A stretch of 64,000 nt of DNA from Waddliaceae bacterium (GTDB lineage Bacteria > Chlamydiota > Chlamydiia > Chlamydiales > Waddliaceae): NCBI GenBank assembly GCA_963724325.1, contig CAVRUH010000007.1, forward strand, positions 96,001 to 160,000, given 5' to 3'. Position numbers and translations under genes: made by a program. How positions within the stretch are numbered: the stretch's first letter is position 1; each line of letters starts with the position of its first letter. The notes under the pieces were generated by a model, which saw nothing but the letters and a program-made list of their open reading frames with translations, was not told where the DNA came from and searched no databases. Positions 50,273 to 59,577 of the stretch are shown piece by piece.

Positions 50273-50542
50273 GTGATTCGATCCATTTCATTTACAATGA
50301 GCGCAATTCCGAAATTAACAACATCAGGAGGCGCCAATGAGCGATTATCAGTATTTGGATATAAATCAAATTGTAGAGGGTGGCAATACCCCTTTTCATT
50401 AGGGCAATTACGTCACTACCTAATTATGCGGCACAAAAATAATCTTGAGATTGCAGTCCGAAAGATTGGAAAGCGGCTGTATTTGCGTAAGGATCTTTTT
50501 GAACAATGGATAGAAGATCAAAAGGAGAGGAAAAATGGATAA
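50273..50542 (+). CDS. Excisionase/AlpA-like small DNA-binding protein (start uncertain)
   Basis: YPFSLGQLRHYL..R..NNL..AVRKIGKRLYLRKDLFEQWIE. Confidence 0.65.
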   Translation: MIRSISFTMSAIPKLTTSGGANERLSVFGYKSNCRGWQYPFSLGQLRHYLIMRHKNNLEIAVRKIGKRLYLRKDLFEQWIEDQKERKNG

Positions 50543-50913
50543 TTTTCTCCTCGATGAAAAAGGTGTTTGGTTTGCGCCACCCACACATTCCCTTGGTAGA
50601 TCATCACGGAAGCAAGGGAACCCTGCAAGATTGGCAACAATATATTGCCAAATTTTGTGTGGACAATTCGCGACTTGGCTTTTGTGTAAGTGTGGGGTTT
50701 ACTTCACCCCTTCTTTATTTGTTAGGGGAAGAAAATGGAGGTTTTAACCTTCGAGGACCGAGCAGCGGAGGCAAAACAACTGCGCTAAAAGTTGGTCTCT
50801 CAACTTATGGAAGTGAAAAGATGCTCCATTCGTGGCGAGCTACATCAAACGGTCTTGAATCAATTGCGGCCCTTCACAATGATTGTCTCCAAGGAGTTGC
50901 AAGTCTTACTTAG
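50535..50913 (+). pseudogene. DUF927 (primase/helicase) fragment, frameshifted and truncated
   Basis: GTLQDWQ, GGFNLRGPSSGGKTT Walker A, SWRATSNGLE..AALHND. Confidence 0.8.
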
Positions 50914-51175
50914 GAAAAATGGATATTCTGATGCAAAGGAAATATCAGCCAAACTCATTGAGCTCTATTCCCGACAGAATCAACGCTTGGAAGAGGACAT
51001 TCAAAAGCTAATTAAGCAAAAGCTTACGAATGACACATCAAATAAACTCACCTTCATGCTTGGTTTGATCCCTACAGTGGATAACACAGACAAAGTCCTG
51101 AAATATGAGCGCTCCCTACAAAAATCGATTTTCCAGAACCTCCTTATGTTGAAAAAACTGCAAGGGGCTTTCTAG
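50890..51175 (+). pseudogene. 3' remnant of a hypothetical island gene
   Basis: No credible start; DKVLKYERSLQKSIFQNLLMLKKLQ C-terminus. Confidence 0.45.
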
Positions 51176-51277
51176 AAATGGGTCTGTTTTGGAAAAATGC
51201 AAAGTTAAAAAAACTGTCCTATGACTATGGCGACCTTCTCTAAGTGTATGGGGCAATGTCACTTGCAATTAGGAGGA

Positions 51278-52285
51278 TCAGAAGGTGCCATAGAGGTAGT
51301 TCCAATATGCCGTGAATATTTCAGACTGTTCTGAGGTCAGAGGCTCAACAATAATAAAGCTTTCATCACTGCGTGTAAATGAAGATTGTGACCAGTTTGC
51401 CGAACCATTAACCAAAATACTGTTATCGATGCACATAAGCTTATTATGCATGAAGCTTAATTTTGGGTTGACCTTAACCTCTATCCCTGCCGCCATTAGC
51501 TTTGGTAGATTTCCACCAAAATCAGGTGCTACCACCTGTACTTTTATTCCTCGTTGGTGGGCTTTAATTACTGCATTTGCAAGATCATTGTTGGTCCAAA
51601 CCATCATGGCAATATGGATGCTTGTATTCGCTTGATCGATTTTTTCAATGAGAAATTGTTTAGATTGCTCGTTGATTGACTTTTCTACTTTTTTTTGTGG
51701 AAACCCATCATGAGGCAGAAGACAAAAATAGATGTCTTGACTGAGTAGAGAAATAAGTAATGGTCCATGTTCGGTTCGGTGAGCACTTAAGCGAAATATA
51801 TCTGCTTCGTGATGAAGATATTGCGCTAACTCAGTTGAATTAAATCTTACCATTAAATTTTCTTGGGTTTGATATGCAGATGTTGTAAAGTTTGCGGATC
51901 CAATCCAAATTTCACTTTCATCTACAACCAGTATCTTGTGATGAAGATGACCTTCTCCTGTCGTCCTCGTCACAATTTCAATATTTGGCAGCTTTTTGCT
52001 TGCAATTTCACCTAAATGGTCTCTATCGATCACGACTGTGACTTTTAATCCCTCGTTTGCTTTCTGATTGAGTGCTGCGATAATTTCGGGATCAGATAGG
52101 CTGAATGTAATAATCAGAATTGATTTTTCAGCGTGAAGAATGCTTTCCTTTATCGAAACGCTTAAGTGTTTACGGTCTTGGGTATGATATAGCTGTGCGT
52201 CAGCTGCTACTGTAGCTTCAAGGCTGCCTACGCAAAATACCATAGCTGCTAATAGACTGAAAATTGATAATTTAAATTTTAACAT
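51278..52285 (-). CDS. Secreted phospholipase D / Nuc-like protein with two HKD motifs
   Basis: Signal peptide; HHKILVVD..WIGSANFT and HNKLMCID..NGSANWS. Confidence 0.9.
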   Translation of the reverse strand: MLKFKLSIFSLLAAMVFCVGSLEATVAADAQLYHTQDRKHLSVSIKESILHAEKSILIITFSLSDPEIIAALNQKANEGLKVTVVIDRDHLGEIASKKLPNIEIVTRTTGEGHLHHKILVVDESEIWIGSANFTTSAYQTQENLMVRFNSTELAQYLHHEADIFRLSAHRTEHGPLLISLLSQDIYFCLLPHDGFPQKKVEKSINEQSKQFLIEKIDQANTSIHIAMMVWTNNDLANAVIKAHQRGIKVQVVAPDFGGNLPKLMAAGIEVKVNPKLSFMHNKLMCIDNSILVNGSANWSQSSFTRSDESFIIVEPLTSEQSEIFTAYWNYLYGTF

Positions 52286-52299
52286 GGTTAACCTTCCTT

Positions 52300-53259
52300 T
52301 TAATTATTCCAAGCTTGCAATAGATTTTGTCTCAATTTATCTCTCCTCATGGGGTCGAATGTAGAAGATTTGATTAAATTGCGAAGTTCGAGCTCCCAAA
52401 TCTTAAGCTTGCCAGGCTGAATTTTTGTATAACGTTTTATGATAAGCGGTGATGTAGGATTAAGTACCCCACTAATGCCTAAAACAAGTCGCAATTCTTG
52501 TGGAAATTCATCTGAAGGAGTGTCGAGGAAATATTCACTGATCAATTGATTCTCAGCAATGAATCCATTGGGATATGATGCATACCCCACTGTATTTCCA
52601 AAAGCATATAAAGAGACAGAGCTATCAAAAAATTGCAGAAGAACGCCGGCTTTACTGTCCAGATGTTGATGTGAGATAGTATAAGCCACCTCTATCAATG
52701 ATGAGTCCATTCCAAGTTCTTCGAACATGTGTTTCAAGTCCTTTCGCTGTTGATAGGTGTCGCTACCTACATTCTTCGTAAAATTTAAGACTGAGTTTAA
52801 CCCTAGGCGGTTGTGATTCGAGTAGATGCAGAAGTTCAAGGGGAAAGTACTTTCTGCGACCAACTGCGAATAGTGTATTTCACTTACAAATACCCGTGAA
52901 AAAACTTCTAGAGATTCTAGAAAGTTGTTTTTTTTAAATGGCGTTGAAACGAAATGAAAATCCTTTCTGATGGGCACATCTAGGACCTCTTCGACAATTA
53001 TACGAATAATGTCTTGGTAAACTAGAAAATCTAAACTGTCTCCATGATATCCCATGAAGCTGATATTTTCCTGAGCTATAGCTTTATCGAATAACTCACG
53101 GTAATCTAATCCAACACCTTTTCCTTTCAGATTATACTTAATCTGATCGAGTCCAACAAATGCAACATATTGCTTTGAAGGAGATTCAAATTCAGCACCA
53201 TGGATTCTGATGGTCCCACAAATAAATAACAAGCTTAAAAGTAGGATTTTATTATTCAT
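52300..53259 (-). CDS. Secreted hypothetical protein, paralog of 53252..54274 (possible ADP-ribosyltransferase-like fold)
   Basis: Signal peptide; FMGYHGDS..YQDIIR, RKDFHF, LLQFFD, FPQELRL, LNP.SPL.I.R. Confidence 0.7.
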   Translation of the reverse strand: MNNKILLLSLLFICGTIRIHGAEFESPSKQYVAFVGLDQIKYNLKGKGVGLDYRELFDKAIAQENISFMGYHGDSLDFLVYQDIIRIIVEEVLDVPIRKDFHFVSTPFKKNNFLESLEVFSRVFVSEIHYSQLVAESTFPLNFCIYSNHNRLGLNSVLNFTKNVGSDTYQQRKDLKHMFEELGMDSSLIEVAYTISHQHLDSKAGVLLQFFDSSVSLYAFGNTVGYASYPNGFIAENQLISEYFLDTPSDEFPQELRLVLGISGVLNPTSPLIIKRYTKIQPGKLKIWELELRNLIKSSTFDPMRRDKLRQNLLQAWNN

Positions 53260-54274
53260 TTTTTTCTCTCCACATGTTCAATAACAATTCACGATACTGT
53301 ACGACTTTTGTTTCATCGTAAGGCAGTGTTCTGATTGCTTCACGTAAGTTAGATTCATACTCATTGATTAGTTCGGGATCATTCCTGTCAAAGCGCATGA
53401 TATATAGAGGGGAATACGGATTTAGAGTGACGGAGTTGTTAATGACAAGCCGGAATTGTGCAGGAAAAGCTGTAGAATTAACGCCAAGGAATATTTCGGA
53501 CATTCTTTTCTCATTGAGAATTGGACGTCCGCCGGGCAAGGCATTATAGCATAATTGATTTATCAAATCATAATGATTTTGAAATGCATTGTGATGAGAA
53601 AAGTCGAAGAATTGGAATAACACAGCATTATCCATGGTCATCAAAGGGTTGCCTATTGCAAATAAATCAGGTATCGCTTCGGTTGGTATTCCTAAAGAAT
53701 CAAATAAATAATTTAGTTGAGTTTGGAATCCAACGGTCGTTGCAGATCTATTCCTTGTAAACCAGTAGACAGTGCATTCCCCAAAGTTATCGAAATTCCC
53801 AAAGAGTGAATAATTCATCGACAACAACTGCTCTCGTTGTTCTGGTAACGCGTCAATCACTGCAGGATAGTCTTTCAGGAATTGCTCCTCACTTTCCCGA
53901 TTTAGCATAGGTTTTCCTGGGATGCGCAGAAAGTGAAAGTCTTTTCTAATATGGATCTCGCAAATTTCCTCTATTATTATCCGAATAATATCTTGATAAA
54001 TACGAAATCCTTGAGTGCTGCTATGGTATCCAAAAAAACCAAGCTCTTCGTGGGGAATGATGTGCTCGAAGAAATTGCGATGCTCCAAAGACAACCCGTT
54101 TGTCTTCAGCGCTTGCAATATTTTCTCGTAATTGTAAAATCCGCAAAAGCGATTTGTTGGGGATGCATATACGGCTTCGGTTCGAATCGGCATATCGAAA
54201 TCTACGATTGCCGGAGTGGCAAGCAATGATAAATTACAAAGTGCAATTAAAATAAATAAAATTAATCTAATCAT
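53252..54274 (-). CDS. Secreted hypothetical protein, paralog of 52300..53259 (possible ADP-ribosyltransferase-like fold)
   Basis: Signal peptide; FFGYHSS..YQDIIR, RKDFHF, SMNYSLFGN..GECT, FPAQFRL. Confidence 0.7.
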   Translation of the reverse strand: MIRLILFILIALCNLSLLATPAIVDFDMPIRTEAVYASPTNRFCGFYNYEKILQALKTNGLSLEHRNFFEHIIPHEELGFFGYHSSTQGFRIYQDIIRIIIEEICEIHIRKDFHFLRIPGKPMLNRESEEQFLKDYPAVIDALPEQREQLLSMNYSLFGNFDNFGECTVYWFTRNRSATTVGFQTQLNYLFDSLGIPTEAIPDLFAIGNPLMTMDNAVLFQFFDFSHHNAFQNHYDLINQLCYNALPGGRPILNEKRMSEIFLGVNSTAFPAQFRLVINNSVTLNPYSPLYIMRFDRNDPELINEYESNLREAIRTLPYDETKVVQYRELLLNMWREKNE

Positions 54275-54425
54275 AATTATTTAACCAATATATTTAAGAT
54301 GAATACATTTTAACAATTATCAATTTATAAGTCAATCATAAACATGCATTTTTATATCGATTTGAATGGACCAATGCAATATGCTTTGTGGGGATAAGTC
54401 TAAATTCAACCATAAAGGAGAAATT

Positions 54426-55019
54426 ATGTTGAACAGTTTTATCCGAAAGTTTTTATTTATCATTGTTCTTACGACATCGCTGTCATCCCCTATTTTTGCT
54501 GTGGATGACTTTCAAGTTGAGTATCAACCACAGGTCATCGAAAAAGTAATTCAGTTTGAGAAGAAAAGCATCTTAAAGCAAAAAGCAAATGGATACCTAT
54601 ATGTCGAAGTGTCTCGAGATTTTATTGCCGAGGCTCTTCCTCTAATTGATGCCCCGGGAAAAATTGTACACCCGAGTCATTATACTAGCAAGAAAGGGAT
54701 TGGAGCCCATATCAGCATTATTTATGAAAATGAGTTGATTGAACATGAAATCTGGGAGATCGATGAGTTGGGGCAAGAGTTCACATTCTCGGTCATGGAG
54801 TTGAGGACGGTAAAACTAAATGACAATAACAAGATGAAAAAACTTTGGCTTTTGGCAGTAGCTGCTCCCGAGTTAGAGAAACTTCGTGAGGGTTATGGTC
54901 TATCATCCCGTTTAAAAAACCATGATTTCCATATAACAATAGGAACTCAAGTACCTGGTAAAGTCTATGTTTTATTCGATGAGATAATCATTGAAGAGGA
55001 GCTGGAAGAAGCAGCATAA
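54426..55019 (+). CDS. Secreted 2H phosphoesterase-family protein
   Basis: AAAGGAG RBS; signal peptide; two Hx(S/T)x motifs GAHISII and DFHITIG. Confidence 0.75.
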   Translation: MLNSFIRKFLFIIVLTTSLSSPIFAVDDFQVEYQPQVIEKVIQFEKKSILKQKANGYLYVEVSRDFIAEALPLIDAPGKIVHPSHYTSKKGIGAHISIIYENELIEHEIWEIDELGQEFTFSVMELRTVKLNDNNKMKKLWLLAVAAPELEKLREGYGLSSRLKNHDFHITIGTQVPGKVYVLFDEIIIEEELEEAA

Positions 55020-55133
55020 GGCTGATTCCAAAGATAAAATCGATTTGGTAGCCTAACAACAGGGGATTCGAATGCCTCTTTTGTGCTTTTGCTCAACTTC
55101 AGTTTAAGCACGACTTTCACAACTATCCTTCGC

Positions 55134-55311
55134 GTTGCAATGGCGGTGCAATGATTTACCTATTTATCCAATAATATCCATCAGAAACCAGTTGCAATTT
55201 GATTGCATATCCTTTAGCATGTTACTCATAGCGGTTGGATGGTGTTGATTGGAGTGGAAGTCCCCCTCCCTCATAACCCGCGGGTCACTGGTTCAAGTCC
55301 AGTTTGCCCCA
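55134..55311 (+). other. attP-like junction between islands A and B (arm + tRNA 3' half 55270-55311)
   Basis: tRNA identity starts exactly at the 7-nt anticodon loop CTCATAA; upstream 48 bp match 60396-60443 at 42/48; GTGCA-type short repeats. Confidence 0.85.
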
Positions 55312-55927
55312 CATTTTTTTTACAGGACAAACTTATGACACTCATAGAATCCAAAATGGAATTTGCCGAAAGGAACCATGCTATACTTCTCTCACTGGAG
55401 GCTCAGATTGTAGCGCACTATCAAAAACGTCCTCGCCTTCATGATCACAATGTGATTCGCGTTTTAGAGGCTCTCATAAAGCACTTTAGGGCTTTAGCGA
55501 CAAATTTTCCATTGCCTCAGCATTCATTATCTGAATTCGAGGGTGAAATTTATCTTAGCATTCAATACAATCTAGAAAAAACGGAAGCCCTAACTCCGAA
55601 TGATTCCTGTGTCCTTTTAAAGTTCCTCAAAAAATCTGTAGAGCTAAACAACAAGAGATCGGGCTCACAGGGTTACTTAAACTTCATCAGCCGCTTCATC
55701 GAAGTTGAAATAGAGGATTAGAAACTGGAGTCACTCACCTTATTCACATTAAAATATGTGAGTTAGGCCCTCCGCGTACCCTCAATGGTTATTTTCAAGA
55801 AAAACTTATTTGTTTTTACTCTTCAATAATGCAATTGATTTTCAGTGACTTATCAGCTTTAAAGCATAATCTTCACGTGTTCAAGAAGAGCCTTCGTTCG
55901 CTTCGCTCACTACGGCCAGATGCGCCC
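55270..55927 (+). repeat. ~657-bp direct repeat, copy 2
   Basis: Near-identical to 47123-47779. Confidence 0.95.
55335..55721 (+). CDS. Conserved hypothetical 128-aa protein (copy 2)
   Basis: Two aa differences from 47188..47574 (V17I and S->T in EKSE/EKTE). Confidence 0.8.
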   Translation: MTLIESKMEFAERNHAILLSLEAQIVAHYQKRPRLHDHNVIRVLEALIKHFRALATNFPLPQHSLSEFEGEIYLSIQYNLEKTEALTPNDSCVLLKFLKKSVELNNKRSGSQGYLNFISRFIEVEIED

Positions 55928-56042
55928 GGCGTTATTAAAGTAGACCCAACTGTCTAGCTAAAAAGAGGAACATTTATTATTATGTGAAAGTTTGCGAAGT
56001 AATACCGAAAAATAATGTTCTCCATTGAGATTAGAGAGATTA

Positions 56043-56369
56043 TCACAAGACAAACTCGATAATTAGACAAAAAGTGTAGACCATTCCTAAAAAGAGTAGT
56101 GGCAGCAAGTGATAAAGTAGAAAAACAGGCAGGGAGGGATCATGGAGATGCTTCCACCCTTTATAGATTCCAAAAGGTGATGAGAGTGGCGATAGAAGTG
56201 TAATAATTATGAAAGTCATTATCGTTTTTGGATAATCAAGTTCATAATCCGCAAATCCCATGGGTAGAATCCATGTAATAAGTAGCAATAGGATAAAAAG
56301 AAATATGTTTAGGACGGTGAAACCTCTTGCAAGATAAAGCCTGATACTAGCCTTTTCTATAAATTCCAT
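56043..56369 (-). CDS. Hypothetical three-TM membrane protein
   Basis: AAGGA RBS; three hydrophobic segments. Confidence 0.55.
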   Translation of the reverse strand: MEFIEKASIRLYLARGFTVLNIFLFILLLLITWILPMGFADYELDYPKTIMTFIIITLLSPLSSPFGIYKGWKHLHDPSLPVFLLYHLLPLLFLGMVYTFCLIIEFVL

Positions 56370-56538
56370 CTATTAATTCCTTTAAGGTTCTCTGATACTG
56401 CGGATCGTCAAATCCATGCTGTGGACCCGAACTCTTTTGCTGATAGATTATCCGAGTATTCCTAAGTTCTTCAAGCCTTTTTTTATATCCATTGAATTTT
56501 TCCTTCTTATAGATTTCGTACTCTACTCCACTAAACAT
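56347..56538 (-). CDS. Short hypothetical protein or gene fragment
   Basis: AGGAG upstream; lies in a co-oriented three-ORF run. Confidence 0.35.
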   Translation of the reverse strand: MFSGVEYEIYKKEKFNGYKKRLEELRNTRIIYQQKSSGPQHGFDDPQYQRTLKELIDGIYRKG

Positions 56539-56577
56539 AAGAATTGCTCCTAGAAGTTGTTTTAAAAATATATTTTG

Positions 56578-57852
56578 TTATCTAATGTGAAAAGAAGATA
56601 CTAACTTATTCCATTCTTCGGAAATTTGTGGAGTTTCGCTATTAAAAGATTGAGTAATTTGATAGAGTCTTCTTTTTTTGAGCACAAACAATGTTCTATA
56701 AATTTTACCTGAATTTTCTGCTAGAAGCTCAATAGAGGGACAACCTTCATGCTCGCCTAAGTTCCAAGATAAAACAATCATTTTATTGCTCAATCCGAGC
56801 CAAGCTAGATCAATGGAACCGTTTTTATCCATTTGACTTTGAATCTCGTTTATCAGCATAGAGATTGAAGGGTCAGAATATTCAAGAATAATTTCGCTAA
56901 ACATCGTCATATTTAAAACTTTCAGCTCAGGGTCTTCAAAATCTGGGTGATTAATCTCTTTTAGAATACCCATATAAGTAACCATTGGTAAAGTGACAAT
57001 GGATTCGATAAAATAGCCGCTGTCACCATACTCTCCAAATAAAGTCTTGGGAGCGAAAGGCCCAAGTCTAGAATAGAAAATTCTGTGATAAATGTTATAT
57101 TTTGGAGGAATATTAATGTCATAAGTGTTCCGACCCAATAAGATATTGCGTTGTACAGTTTCACAAAACAAATTTGCCCACAAAAGTTTATGCCAATCAT
57201 AGTTGAGAATGCTTTGATACTGTCGGTATGATTCTGTAGTAGTTATCCAAGAAGGAATCATTGTGTTTTGAGATTCAATTTTAAATCCTAAATGATATGC
57301 GGGTGTTCCCGAAAAAGCTGGATATATTCCCCATGCAGAAGCTAAATAGAAGATATTTTGAATTTCTAGGCGATATACGAATTGATTTATAGCAACAAGG
57401 AGTCCACGCCGTTCAGATAAATTTCGAAAATTTACGCTAAAATTTGTGGCGCTATTATCGCAATAATACACAGACTCTTTGCCATAAACATGTCCTTTTT
57501 TAAAATAGGAAAAGCCGTCGTTTTCAATTTTATTTAAAAGATCATCCATCCAACTTTTATATTTTACTGAGTCATTTGCTATTGAATTTGGAAGTTTATA
57601 AATCCAAACTTTAAAAGGACCCATGTGTGTTTCACTATAATAATGGGTGATTTCCACATTTTCTTCATGATAGCTTTCCATTCTAGTAGCATCCCAAGTG
57701 TGAAGAGTAATGCGATGATCTTTTGGCCCTGGAATTTCTATTGTATATCCCTTGTTAAGCGATAGAAGCCCCATCAAGTCTATTGCTATTCCCCCAGATA
57801 AAGACCCAAAATGCACCAAAATAAAAAATGAGTATATTAATTTTTTCATCAT
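56578..57852 (-). CDS. Hypothetical exported protein
   Basis: 424 aa, N-terminal signal-like segment; C-terminal beta-rich end (YQIT...SSFHIR). Confidence 0.65.
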   Translation of the reverse strand: MMKKLIYSFFILVHFGSLSGGIAIDLMGLLSLNKGYTIEIPGPKDHRITLHTWDATRMESYHEENVEITHYYSETHMGPFKVWIYKLPNSIANDSVKYKSWMDDLLNKIENDGFSYFKKGHVYGKESVYYCDNSATNFSVNFRNLSERRGLLVAINQFVYRLEIQNIFYLASAWGIYPAFSGTPAYHLGFKIESQNTMIPSWITTTESYRQYQSILNYDWHKLLWANLFCETVQRNILLGRNTYDINIPPKYNIYHRIFYSRLGPFAPKTLFGEYGDSGYFIESIVTLPMVTYMGILKEINHPDFEDPELKVLNMTMFSEIILEYSDPSISMLINEIQSQMDKNGSIDLAWLGLSNKMIVLSWNLGEHEGCPSIELLAENSGKIYRTLFVLKKRRLYQITQSFNSETPQISEEWNKLVSSFHIR

Positions 57853-57995
57853 AATGTCAATTATTTTACAGTAATTGTTCTAATAGTGCAACTAAAAAGA
57901 CGAGCTAACGGCAATTAGGAGTTTGTTAAATAAAAGATCAAAAATAGAATAGGGTGATTTTGGCCCCAGAAATATTTTTTTTGAGCTCCAAACTG

Positions 57996-58265
57996 ATTTG
58001 AGTTTTTGATCAGCTGATAAAATATTTCAGGGCAAAAGCAACTAATTTTCCATTCCAAGAGTCTAAATTTTCTTTGCCTATTGAAAATGATTTATATGAT
58101 TCGCTTAAGGAATGTCTTGAGGAAACTGAAGGCAAAACAGCTAATGAAGCATATAACATTTTTAAATTCTTAAAAAAATCAGTCGAATTTTGGAACAGAG
58201 AAGGGGGCTCTCAAGGCTGCCTTACATATATATCGCGCTTCATAGATGTTGAAGAAAAAAAATGA
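57996..58265 (+). pseudogene. 5'-truncated diverged paralog of the 128-aa att-proximal gene
   Basis: I*VFDQLIKYFRAKATNFP...KFLKKSVEFWNREGGSQGCLTYISRFIDVE aligns to IRVLEALIKHFRALATNFP...KFLKKSVELNNKRSGSQGYLNFISRFIEVE. Confidence 0.85.
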
Positions 58266-58545
58266 TGGGACCCGGGCGTGAAAAACTGACATTTTAAAGT
58301 AAGCATACGCGTATTAAAAGTAAGCGCATATGCACGCCCGACCCCAATCATTTCTAAAGTTATCTTCGATGCCCCTGGCAACATCTTTAGGGTCATCAGG
58401 GTCAATCTAAATAAAAAAAATCTTAATATGTATCCTACTTAAAAATTTAAAAAATCCTCCCAATTTAACCCCCCCTTGTTTTCAATGCAAAATCAGATAG
58501 AAAAATTTTAATTCAAGGGTTTATGTCTATTTTGTTGGCTAGGGA

Positions 58546-58585
58546 TTACAGTGCGACACCTACAGCGTAATCTACAGCGTAATCT
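58546..58585. repeat. Tandem 12-bp repeats CTACAGCGTAAT x2 (+1 degenerate); integrase arm-site-like
   Basis: 58560-58571 and 58572-58583. Confidence 0.55.
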
Positions 58586-58647
58586 CCATAAGTCTGCAGA
58601 AGTAGTTTCCACGAATAGTACCATCACAGAGAGGTGTTACCCATACC

Positions 58648-59409
58648 TTAGACAATAATTAATTCTAGAAATGATTTTTGGTGAGCTTTGGGACGCAAAT
58701 AGGGTTCCTTTTTTGTATGAACAACGATTGCGTAGAGAATTCCTGCTTCCGCAAGAGCTATTGCTTCTTTTTTAAGAAGCCACACACTGTCCTCATGTGA
58801 ATTACCAACTAAAAATTCAGTAATGACATGTCGTTTATTGACTCGAACTCCCTGAACTTTCTTTACATCAATATATTCCTCACGTCCCTCTCTCCATCCT
58901 TCATGTTTTTTCATAGCATCAAGCAATTGTTCATATTCTTTGTCGTTTAGGGAACGAATCGTGCGATCCATATCAAATTTAGTAAAAAATTTAATCGCTT
59001 TTCGATAGTTAATGACTTCTTCTGTATCGGGTTGTCCCTTTTTGACACCAGTGTAAGTACGTACAAATTCATTGAGGGTGCAATCAATATACATATTGCC
59101 TTCTTTTAAACGTAAGGCCTGTGCCCTTCTACCAGTTTCATAATCAGGATAAACTGCAAACCTATAATCTTTGTTTTCTTTATTAGGTATCTTCCCAGCG
59201 GAACCGATAGCTCCGTTCCTTTTTGCGAAATCTCCCATTGCGTGATTACCAGGATTATTATTTCTCCATGATCTAGTACTTGCTTGATCCACTGGCTGTT
59301 CTGGATAGGCTTTCCAAAAGCGCTTTAAATGATTCCCATCTTCATCATAATAGATGACCGAATTTTCTGGCCCTTCTACAACTTTTATCCATTTATTTTG
59401 AGTCTTCAT
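58648..59409 (-). CDS. Lysozyme-like (RNNNPGN motif) protein with DUF3892-like C-terminus
   Basis: RSWRNNNPGN, FAVYPDYETGRRA, AMKKHEG; C-terminal WL.KKEAI.LAE.G...VH....YLR. Confidence 0.7.
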   Translation of the reverse strand: MKTQNKWIKVVEGPENSVIYYDEDGNHLKRFWKAYPEQPVDQASTRSWRNNNPGNHAMGDFAKRNGAIGSAGKIPNKENKDYRFAVYPDYETGRRAQALRLKEGNMYIDCTLNEFVRTYTGVKKGQPDTEEVINYRKAIKFFTKFDMDRTIRSLNDKEYEQLLDAMKKHEGWREGREEYIDVKKVQGVRVNKRHVITEFLVGNSHEDSVWLLKKEAIALAEAGILYAIVVHTKKEPYLRPKAHQKSFLELIIV

Positions 59410-59577
59410 ACATTTACTTCAGGTTTAATCAACAAAATAGAATAAATTATAAATTATTAATTTTAAATAACTTGTCTACGAATTATAGCAGATTAGGAGA
59501 AATTTTTCTAATCAAAAATAAATGGTTCAAAATGGTCCCCTTTTGGTAATATCGCCTCTTCTTGGTAGGGAGAAATT

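Larger units (their letters stand above)
47165..55269. mobile_element. tRNA-integrated genomic island A (degenerate satellite-like core + secreted-enzyme cargo)
   Basis: Bounded by the tRNA and the tRNA 3'-half repeat at 55270; carries IS remnants, an excisionase-like HTH and a DUF927 fragment. Confidence 0.8.

Noticed and set aside
55270..55311. Additional tRNA genes at 55270 and 60444
   Set aside because: Only the 3' 42 nt are present; the upstream sequence cannot form acceptor or D stems
55239..55334. N-terminal extension of the 128-aa gene (160-aa ORF), likewise 60478
   Set aside because: The extension reads through the att arm and tRNA fragment; the homologous start with an RBS is at 55335 and 60508
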